Shown here: one piece after another, positions 56,440 through 64,000 of the stretch | Position numbering within the stretch: position 1 is the first letter of the stretch | Layout of the letters: every line of letters begins with the position of its first letter | Source: Bradymonadia bacterium | GTDB taxonomy: Bacteria > Myxococcota_A > Bradymonadia > UBA7976 > UBA1532 | Assembly: GCA_046290225.1 (NCBI GenBank) | Contig: JBKAGE010000034.1 | Span: forward strand, 128,001 to 192,000 | Direction of reading: 5' to 3' | Length of the DNA: 64,000 nt | Notes under the pieces: model-generated | The model's input: only the letters and a program-made list of their open reading frames with translations | Database searches by the model: none | What the model was told of the DNA's origin: nothing | Position numbers and translations under genes: made by a program

Positions 56440-58827
56440 GTGACTTCTCCCGCCTCCACCTCTCCCGAGCAGTCCCCAGAACAGCGTCTCGCTGTCTCTG
56501 CAGGCTTCGCCGCGGCCATCGCCCTCATCGCCCATCAAGTGGGCGGCAAGGCAGTCCGAGACACGCTCTTCTTGAGCGAATACGCGGTGACCGACCTGCC
56601 CTTGATGCTCATAGTGGCCTCTGTGGCCTCGGTGGGCACGGTGCTGCTCACGAGCAAGGCCATGGCCACCCTCACCCCTGCACGGCTGGTGCCCTGGGCC
56701 TTTCTCACCAGCGCTGCCCTTCAGGTGGGCTGGTGGGGCATCAGCTTCGTCGCCCCGGCGATCTCGGCGGTGGCGATCTACCTGCACATGACCATGTTCG
56801 GCGCGGTGCTCATCTCGGGCTTCTGGTCCATGGTGAACGAGCGCTTCGATCCCCGAACGGCGAAGAGAGTCATCAGCAGGATCGCCGCCGGAGGCACCCT
56901 CGGCGGGCTGCTCGGCGGCCTCATGGTCGAACGCCTCGGGGCCTATATGGCCGCGGAGCACGTACTGCTCATCCTGGCGGGGCTGCACCTCTTCTGCGGC
57001 TGGCGTGTGGGCGCGCTGGCCCCTGAGCAGGCCAACCCCAGCGCCGAGAGCACCGTCGACATGCCCGAGGTGCATCCAAAGACCGAGGACACCTCCCCAT
57101 TTTCGGGCCTGGCGGTGCTGCTCAAGGGCAGCTTCCTCCGGAACATCGGGTTGATGGTGATGTTGGGTACGCTCTCGGCGGCCTGCCTCGACTATGTGTT
57201 CAAGGTGGAGGCCACCGAGGCGTTTCAGGGTGACGAGGCAGGCCTCATGCGGGTCTTCGCGTGGTTCTACACCATCACCGGGGTGCTCACCTTCGCGGTG
57301 CAGACCACCCTCAGCAACAAAGCCCTCGAGAAGCTGGGCATTGCCCGCACGGTCGCCGCCATGCCCACGGCGGTCTCCGGAGGCGCTCTGCTGGCGCTGT
57401 TCTTCCCCGGGCTCTGGGTGGCGGCCATCGCCCGAGGGGCCGAGGCCGTGCTCCGCAGCTCGGTGTTCCGCTCAGCTTACGAGTTGCTCTACACCCCCAT
57501 CCCGCCCCGGGAGAAGCGCCAGGCCAAGACGCTCATCGATGTGGGCTTTGACCGCCTCGGAGACGCCCTCGGTGGTGCCCTCGTCTCCCTCACCCTCTGG
57601 CTCACGGTGAGCAACGACACCGCAGAGGATGTGCTGCTCATCTGCGCCGCCGCCTTCGGCCTGGTGGGGATCATGCTGGCCTTCCGGCTGCACCAGGGCT
57701 ACGTCAAGGCCCTCGAAGCCAGCCTGCTCAGCCGCGCTGTGGAGCTCGATCTCGCCGAGGTGCAGGACGCCACGACCCGGAGCACGGTGATGCTCACCCT
57801 GGCGAGCCAGGGCATCGATCGCGCCGATCTGGAGGCCGCCCTGCGCAGCGCGGCTGAGGGCGCTCAGGTGACCGTCTCTCAGCTCATCGCCAGCCCGGAG
57901 CTGACTGCTCGTCGGCAAGAAGCGGCCCAGGCTCGACAAGATCGGATCCCCTCAGAGCCCACAGGCCCGGTGACCTTGGAGCCAGTGGTTCAGCTGACAT
58001 TGGAGCTACGCTCGGGTGATCTCACCCGGGTCAAGCAGGCGCTCCGTCATCCCCGAGCTGTCGACCGAGCCCTGGTGCCCCACCTGATCCCCCTGCTCGC
58101 CTGGGACGAGGTCTATCCCCTGGCCATCAAGCTGCTCCGGCGCCTCGCCCCTCAGAACACGGGTCAGCTCACGGATGCACTGCACGATGTCGATGAGGCC
58201 TTCGCGGTCCGCCGTCGGATCCCCAGAGCCCTCACAGAGGGGCACCCCGAGCGGGCCCTGAGCGCGCTGCTCGAAGGCCTCACCGATCGGCGCTTCGAGG
58301 TCCGCTATCAATGCGGCGTCGCCCTCAACCGGCTCACGGAAAAGCATCCAGATCTCGAAGTCAGCGCCGACCGCATCTATCCGGTGATCCGCAAGGAAAC
58401 CCGCGTAGGCCGTCGGGTGTGGGCGAGCCAACGACTGCTCGACCAGGGCGAGTCCAACTCCGGGGAGATCCCCTTCTTCGATGATTTCCTCAAAGATCGG
58501 GTGGACCGCAGCCTGCAGCACGTTTTCACCCTGCTGGCGCTGATCCTGCCCAAGCAGCCGCTCACCATCGCGTTTCGGGGCCTGCACACAGACGACCCGA
58601 CTTTGAGAGGGACCGCCCTCGAGTATCTGGAGAGCGTGTTGCCACCCGATATCCGGGCACCACTCTGGCCCTTCATCGAGGGCGAGCAGGGGCCCGCTCC
58701 GGCGAACCGCAACCGCGAGCAGGTGCTCGACGAGCTGGTGCGCTCCAACGAGTCGATTCAACTCAATCTGGCAGCGTTGAGGGCCCGGCTGGGCCAGAGC
58801 GATGGCGGGGGGACGCAGGAGGATTGA
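56440..58827 (+). CDS. Npt/TLC (ATP/ADP translocase-like) MFS transporter fused to HEAT repeats
   Basis: VRDTLFL, FWSMVNERFDPRTAKR, RSAYELLYTPIP..KRQAKTLIDV..DRLGD; C-terminal HEAT-like repeats (FEVRYQCGVAL, LRGTALEYLE). Confidence 0.82.
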   Translation: MTSPASTSPEQSPEQRLAVSAGFAAAIALIAHQVGGKAVRDTLFLSEYAVTDLPLMLIVASVASVGTVLLTSKAMATLTPARLVPWAFLTSAALQVGWWGISFVAPAISAVAIYLHMTMFGAVLISGFWSMVNERFDPRTAKRVISRIAAGGTLGGLLGGLMVERLGAYMAAEHVLLILAGLHLFCGWRVGALAPEQANPSAESTVDMPEVHPKTEDTSPFSGLAVLLKGSFLRNIGLMVMLGTLSAACLDYVFKVEATEAFQGDEAGLMRVFAWFYTITGVLTFAVQTTLSNKALEKLGIARTVAAMPTAVSGGALLALFFPGLWVAAIARGAEAVLRSSVFRSAYELLYTPIPPREKRQAKTLIDVGFDRLGDALGGALVSLTLWLTVSNDTAEDVLLICAAAFGLVGIMLAFRLHQGYVKALEASLLSRAVELDLAEVQDATTRSTVMLTLASQGIDRADLEAALRSAAEGAQVTVSQLIASPELTARRQEAAQARQDRIPSEPTGPVTLEPVVQLTLELRSGDLTRVKQALRHPRAVDRALVPHLIPLLAWDEVYPLAIKLLRRLAPQNTGQLTDALHDVDEAFAVRRRIPRALTEGHPERALSALLEGLTDRRFEVRYQCGVALNRLTEKHPDLEVSADRIYPVIRKETRVGRRVWASQRLLDQGESNSGEIPFFDDFLKDRVDRSLQHVFTLLALILPKQPLTIAFRGLHTDDPTLRGTALEYLESVLPPDIRAPLWPFIEGEQGPAPANRNREQVLDELVRSNESIQLNLAALRARLGQSDGGGTQED

Positions 58828-58831
58828 GCGA

Positions 58832-61800
58832 TCAGGGCTCCGGAGCAGGCGGCTCCGGATCGGGCTCGGGCTCCTCGCAGATCAGCGCCTCGTCGGCGAG
58901 ACCGTCACAATCGTCATCGATTTCGTTGCAGATCTCTTCCACCCCAGCCTCGGGATTGGGCTCAGCGCTGCAGATGGGCAGTGGTGCGCCTCGGCGCTGG
59001 TAGACGATGCGCTCCCAACCCGCGTTGCCGTTGAGGGTGGTCTGACCACAGCGATAGCCACTGCTGATGTTGCCGTTGCTGGTGTGCCAGCACATGCGCT
59101 GCTCAGGGAGTGTGTTCCCCGTGTCGCAGGAGTTCCGGCTCAGCGCCTCCCCCACAGGACCGAAGCCCCACGAGTAGCTGTCGCTGAAGTACCAGTTCAC
59201 CCCGTTGTGCACGTTCACCGGGTTCCGGTCGTTCCCTGAATCCTGCAGGATGAACTCGCGCTCCCCCATGGCCGCCAGTGTCAGGTTTGCCTGGCCCACG
59301 GGGCGGCAAGCCATCATCAGCACATCTTCGTCACACTGCGTCAGAATCTGCTCCACCGAAGGGTTGCCAGCGTTGTAGAGCCCGCTCCAGCATTGTTCGA
59401 ATCCGCCGGCGAGCACCTGGGCCTCGGGGAGGTTCTGCTGGATGCCCTCGAGGGCGAGCCCGGGAGGCGCCCCATCTTCGACGGGTGGGCAGATGATCTG
59501 GCCTTCGACGGCGCAGAGGCCTTCACCAGCGACGCAGAGATCACCCACGCCCTCTACGTTGTCGACGACACCATCACAATCATCATCGCGGCCGTTGCAG
59601 ACCTCGACCTCGGGATCAGCGGGGCCGACAGAGACACAGACCTCGCCGCCGTCTTCACCGCATTGAATCTGGCCCTCTTCGCACGCGGGGATACCGTCGA
59701 TGCACTGGGCCCCGATGTCGAAGTCTTCATCGACGCTCTCGTCACAATCGTCGTCCAGCTCGTTGCAGAGCTCATCGACGGGCTCGCCCGCTTCTGCGTT
59801 GCACACCAGGCCCAGCCCGGCGCGCTGCAAAATCACCCGCTCCCAGCCATTGCCGACGCCCGTGTTGCTGCCACATCGCCAGCCGTTGGTCAGGTTGCCA
59901 CCGCCGGAGTGCCAGCAGATACGGTCGTTGCGGTCCCGGTTCTGGGTGTCACAGCTGTTGCGGCTGAGGGGCTCACCCGCCGGGCCGAAGCCGATGGAGT
60001 ACTGGTCGCTCCAGTACCAGTTGGCGCCGTTGTGCTCGTTCGGGGGCGGGTTCTGCTCACGACCGGCATCGATGATGATGAACTCGCGCTCCGCCGTCGC
60101 CGCCACCTGGAAGTTGGCCTGACCATCTTGGCGGCAGGCCATGACCCAGACATCCTCCTGACAATTCGCCAGGATCTCCGCCACCGGTGAGACCTGCTCG
60201 TAGCCGCCCACATAGCAAGGCTCGAAGCCCTGACCGAGCAGCTCCGCCTCGGGCAAATCGTTCACGATGCCGGCGAAAGGCAGACCGCCCCCGCCCTCTT
60301 CACTGCAGACGAACTGACCGTCGCGCTGGCACGCGCCCACCCCTGCAGAGCAGGGCACACCGACACCTTCGACGTTGTCGACCTGACCATCACAGTCGTT
60401 GTCGATGCCGTCACAGATCTCGAGGTCAGGCTCGACGTCGTAGGGCTCACAGAACAGCTCGCCTTCGTCGGTGCAGGCGATGCGACCGCGCTGACATGCG
60501 CCGACGTTCTCGTCGTTGCAGTCACCGCCCACATCGAAGCCTTCGTCGACGATGCCGTCACAGTCGTCGTCCACGTTGTTGCAGGTCTCCTCGGAGAGGG
60601 CCTCTTCGTCGGCCTCAGCGTCACAGACGGGCAAAGGCGCAGCGGGTCGGTGGAAGACAACGCGCTCCCAGCCAGCGTTGCCGTTGAGGGTTTGCTGACC
60701 ACAGCGATAACCGCTGCTCATGTTGCCGTTGCTGGTGTGCCAGCACATGCGCTGCTCGGGCAGCGTGTTCCCTGTGTCGCAGGAGCTCCGGCTCAGCGCC
60801 TCGCCCACAGGACCGAAGCCCCATGAGTACGTGGCGCTGAAGTACCAGTTCACCCCGTTGTGTACATTCACCGGGTTTCGCTCGTTCCCCGACTCTTGGA
60901 GGATGATCTCGCGCTCCCCCATGGCCGCCAGGGTGAAGTTCTCGTTGCCCACCGGGCGACAGGCCATCATCAGCTGGCCTTCGTCACACTGCTCGAGGAT
61001 CTGGGCCACCGCAGGCTGACCCTCGTTGTAGCGGCCGCTCCAGCACAGCTCGAAGCCATTGGCCACGATGTCGGCCTCGGGCAGATCCTGCTGGATGCCC
61101 TCATAGCTCAGGCCGATGGGGGCGCCGGGCTCGATCTCGGGACACACCAGCTCGCCCTCAGCGGCGCAGACGCCTTCACCAGAGACACAGGGATCACCCA
61201 CACCAGGGGCGTTGTCGACGACACCATCACAGTCATCGTCGCGACCGTTGCAGATCTCGGGCTCGGGATCAGCGGGGCCGACAGAGATGCAGGCGGGCAT
61301 GCCTTCGTCGTTACAGCGCACCTCACCGCGCTCGCAGGCAGGGATACCTTCAGCGCAGGGGCCACCGACGTCGAAGCCCTCGTCCATGATGCCGTCGCAG
61401 TCATTGTCGATGTTGTCGCAGGCCTCAGGCGTGGGCTCGAGGATCTCGGCGTCGCAGACCACCGTGGCCCGGTCGGGCCGCTGGTAGATGATGCGCTCCC
61501 AGCCGGCGTTGCCGTTGAGGGTCTGCTGACCACAGCGGTAACCACCGCTCATGTTGCCGTTGCTGGTGTGCCAGCACATGCGCTGCTCAGGGAGTGTGTT
61601 CCCTGTGTCGCAGGAGTTCCGGCTCAGCGCCTCGCCCACAGGACCGAAGCCCCATGAGTAGCTGTCGCTGAAGTACCAGTTCACTCCGTTGTGCACGTTC
61701 TCGGGATCGCGCTCGTTCCCCGAATCCTGAAGGATGATCTCACGCTCACCCATGGCCGCCAGGGTCAGGTTCTCCTCCCCCACAGGGCGGCAGGCCATCA

Positions 61801-63007
61801 TGAGCAGGCCCTGATCGCACTGCTCGAGGATCTGCTCCACCGAGGGCTGGCTCTCGTTGTAGCGGCCACTCCAGCACTCTTCGAATCCGCCGCCCAGAAC
61901 CTGGGCCTCGGGCAGATCGAGCTGAATGCCTTCAAAGGCCAGGCCCGCAGGGGCGCCATCGGGGGCACAGACGGTGACCCCATCGGTGCCACAGGCACCC
62001 TCGGCGCTACGGCAGGGCTGGTCGAGCAGCTCGGCGAAGTCTTCGTCGGTGGTGCCATCACAGTCATCATCGAGGCCGTTGCACAGCTCCACGACGGGCC
62101 GACCCTCGTCGGCACCGCAGACCACCTCACCGGCGGGGGTACACACCGTGACGCCTTCGCCGCGGCAGGCACCGACGCCACCCTCACAGGCCTCGCCCAC
62201 ACCGGGGAAGCCTTCGTCGGGGGTGCCGTCACAGTCATCGTCGAGACCGTTACAGGCCTCGTCTTCTGGAGGCAGCGGCACCGCGTCACAGACGGCCTCA
62301 CCGGCCTCATTGCACTGGGTGCGGCCTCGCACCGCGCAGATGCCGTCGCCGCTCACACAGGGCTGGCCCACGCCGAGGCCCTCGTCGGCGGTGCCGTCAC
62401 AGTCGTCGTCCTGGCCGTTGCACAGCTCTTCTGAGACCTCGATGGGCTCTGCGCCGCACACCACTCGGCCATCTTCGGCGCACACGTTCACGCCGCGGCT
62501 CACGCAGCGATCGACCACCACGGCGCACTCATCGCCGACGCCGAGGCCTTCATCTGTGCGGCCATCGCAGTCATCGTCGATCTCGTTACACACCTCTTCG
62601 CCGGGCTCGCCACGCTCCCCCTCGCAGGTGAAGTTGCCGTCGGCGTCGCAGGCGATGACACCTTCGCGGCCGCAGGCGCCAGAGGCCGTGGTACAGGGCA
62701 TGCCTACGCCGAGGTTTTCGTCGACCTGACCATCACAGTCGTCGTCCTGGCCGTTGCAGGTCTCGTTCGAGGGCGTACACGAGGGATCGATGTTCCCTGC
62801 CCCGCCCTCACCGGCCTCGCCACCTTCGCCACCGGCCCCCGCGAGGCCGCCGGCGCCCCCCTCACCTGCAGAGCCGTCCACCTGGACCTGCTCGCCGCCT
62901 TCGCCGCCTCCCCCGGAGTCGTCCTCAGGATCTTCGGTACAGGCCGTGAGGGCCAGGCAGGCACCCAACAACCACAGGGTGCCCCAGTTTCGATGTGTTC
63001 TCGCCAT
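58832..63007 (-). CDS. Giant Cys-rich lipoprotein with 12 MopE-like repeats and four copies of an inserted ~150-aa domain
   Basis: LTAC lipobox, Gly-rich tether; 12 CxxxD[DN]DCD motifs; four NGxNWY..YSxGFGP..SCDT..R.CWH..GxRCG domains. Confidence 0.82.
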   Translation of the reverse strand: MARTHRNWGTLWLLGACLALTACTEDPEDDSGGGGEGGEQVQVDGSAGEGGAGGLAGAGGEGGEAGEGGAGNIDPSCTPSNETCNGQDDDCDGQVDENLGVGMPCTTASGACGREGVIACDADGNFTCEGERGEPGEEVCNEIDDDCDGRTDEGLGVGDECAVVVDRCVSRGVNVCAEDGRVVCGAEPIEVSEELCNGQDDDCDGTADEGLGVGQPCVSGDGICAVRGRTQCNEAGEAVCDAVPLPPEDEACNGLDDDCDGTPDEGFPGVGEACEGGVGACRGEGVTVCTPAGEVVCGADEGRPVVELCNGLDDDCDGTTDEDFAELLDQPCRSAEGACGTDGVTVCAPDGAPAGLAFEGIQLDLPEAQVLGGGFEECWSGRYNESQPSVEQILEQCDQGLLMMACRPVGEENLTLAAMGEREIILQDSGNERDPENVHNGVNWYFSDSYSWGFGPVGEALSRNSCDTGNTLPEQRMCWHTSNGNMSGGYRCGQQTLNGNAGWERIIYQRPDRATVVCDAEILEPTPEACDNIDNDCDGIMDEGFDVGGPCAEGIPACERGEVRCNDEGMPACISVGPADPEPEICNGRDDDCDGVVDNAPGVGDPCVSGEGVCAAEGELVCPEIEPGAPIGLSYEGIQQDLPEADIVANGFELCWSGRYNEGQPAVAQILEQCDEGQLMMACRPVGNENFTLAAMGEREIILQESGNERNPVNVHNGVNWYFSATYSWGFGPVGEALSRSSCDTGNTLPEQRMCWHTSNGNMSSGYRCGQQTLNGNAGWERVVFHRPAAPLPVCDAEADEEALSEETCNNVDDDCDGIVDEGFDVGGDCNDENVGACQRGRIACTDEGELFCEPYDVEPDLEICDGIDNDCDGQVDNVEGVGVPCSAGVGACQRDGQFVCSEEGGGGLPFAGIVNDLPEAELLGQGFEPCYVGGYEQVSPVAEILANCQEDVWVMACRQDGQANFQVAATAEREFIIIDAGREQNPPPNEHNGANWYWSDQYSIGFGPAGEPLSRNSCDTQNRDRNDRICWHSGGGNLTNGWRCGSNTGVGNGWERVILQRAGLGLVCNAEAGEPVDELCNELDDDCDESVDEDFDIGAQCIDGIPACEEGQIQCGEDGGEVCVSVGPADPEVEVCNGRDDDCDGVVDNVEGVGDLCVAGEGLCAVEGQIICPPVEDGAPPGLALEGIQQNLPEAQVLAGGFEQCWSGLYNAGNPSVEQILTQCDEDVLMMACRPVGQANLTLAAMGEREFILQDSGNDRNPVNVHNGVNWYFSDSYSWGFGPVGEALSRNSCDTGNTLPEQRMCWHTSNGNISSGYRCGQTTLNGNAGWERIVYQRRGAPLPICSAEPNPEAGVEEICNEIDDDCDGLADEALICEEPEPDPEPPAPEP

Positions 63008-63111
63008 ACTCTCTCTCCACTCCCTCTCAGGGCGATCCCCGAGGCCAGCAGCTCCAGTATTGCCCCAAGTGCCCGATGAATGCATCAAGGCAATCACACC
63101 AGAGCGAGCCA

Positions 63112-63150
63112 GGGGTTCATTCAAGGGGTGCGTTCACGGGATTCGTTCAC
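63112..63150. repeat. Three 13-bp direct repeats upstream of the giant lipoprotein gene
   Basis: GGGGTTCATTCAA / GGGGTGCGTTCAC / GGGATTCGTTCAC. Confidence 0.55.
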
Positions 63151-63172
63151 GGTGGTGCAGCGAAGGGCTGCG

Positions 63173-64000
63173 TCAGAAATCCACGCCGGGGCGTCGCCGG
63201 TCGTGGACCACTGTGGGCAGACCACGCTGTGGCTCCCCGTGACCACCGAGCACTCGATACATGAAGTACAAACGATAGAAACGTTTGATGTAGCCGCGGG
63301 CCTGGCGAAACGGCACTCGATCGACGAACAGATCAATGGGCACACCGGCGTCGCCGTGGATCTCGAAGGCCGTGGTGAGCTGGTCCAGCCATTGATCGAC
63401 AGCCTTGGGGCCGGCGTTGTAGGCCGCCACATAGAGCGGGACTTGCCCCTCGAACCGATCGCGCAGCGCGGCGAGGTACCATGCACCCAGATCGATGTTC
63501 ACTGCGGGATCGAAGAGATCAGGGGCCTCTACCGTGGGGGCGTTGCGATGACGCTGAATCTTCGCCGCCGTGCGGTCGAGCAGCTGCATCAACCCTCGAG
63601 CGTGGGCTCTGCTCACGACGTCGTGGTCGAAGCCGCTCTCCATCCACATGATGCTCCAAATCACCTCACCTTCGAGGCCGGTGGCCCTGGCCGCACGATC
63701 GACCGTCTCCGACCATGGGCGTGGGTGCGCTCGATGAAACGCTTGGGCACCCTCTTCTGTCGCCCCCGTGGTGAGCAGATCCGGGTTTCGGATCAAACTC
63801 AGACGTCGAGCGCGCTGCGCGTCTCCAGCCACCGAGACCAGGCGGTACAGCTGGTCCCACTGCCCATCACGCCTCAGCGCGGGCGCTTCGACATCAAGTC
63901 GCCTGAGAGCGTAGTCATGTAGGCCTGCCTGCACGAGAGCCTGGAGATCCTGCTCCAGCGGGGTGAGGGCGCCCTCCTCTGGGGCCTTCAAAGGCTCCAT
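63173..64000 (-). CDS. Lytic transglycosylase (SLT domain), probably 5'-truncated by the window
   Basis: IMWMESGF (catalytic Glu), ARGLMQL, LFDPAVNIDLGAWYL, AAYNAGP. Confidence 0.9.
   Translation of the reverse strand: MEPLKAPEEGALTPLEQDLQALVQAGLHDYALRRLDVEAPALRRDGQWDQLYRLVSVAGDAQRARRLSLIRNPDLLTTGATEEGAQAFHRAHPRPWSETVDRAARATGLEGEVIWSIMWMESGFDHDVVSRAHARGLMQLLDRTAAKIQRHRNAPTVEAPDLFDPAVNIDLGAWYLAALRDRFEGQVPLYVAAYNAGPKAVDQWLDQLTTAFEIHGDAGVPIDLFVDRVPFRQARGYIKRFYRLYFMYRVLGGHGEPQRGLPTVVHDRRRPGVDF

Noticed and set aside
1..64000. tRNA/rRNA genes, IS elements, prophage or defence systems
   Set aside because: No cloverleaf, rRNA-like tract, transposase, integrase, phage structural or recognisable defence genes were seen

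Overview
GC-rich bacterial chromosomal window, densely coding (about 43 CDS, the first and last truncated). I found no rRNA, tRNA, CRISPR array, integrase or transposase. The many Cys-rich and acidic-tethered lipoproteins, MopE-like CxxxDxDCDG repeat proteins, FGE-fold lipoproteins, a Hanks Ser/Thr kinase and a sigma54-type promoter suggest a Myxococcota/Bradymonadia-like deltaproteobacterium (inference). Housekeeping genes (thiolase, bfd-bfr, aminotransferase, DnaJ/CbpA, E1-alpha, aroC, nadA, tatD, plsX, Na/Pi symporter, SLT) are interleaved with about 13 predicted lipoproteins, often as tandem paralog pairs. The best candidate for an undescribed system is a coupled two-gene cassette at 33943-36743: a lipoprotein with IPT/TIG and cohesin-like domains, followed by a secreted M1 aminopeptidase with a C-terminal dockerin. 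This suggests a cellulosome-style docking system for a surface protease. The second candidate is a bfd-bfr locus with Fur-like boxes, where bfr is translationally coupled to an RnfD/NqrB-like membrane protein fused to Cys-rich Sel1 repeats. All domain calls are by-eye motif recognition; no database searches were run.
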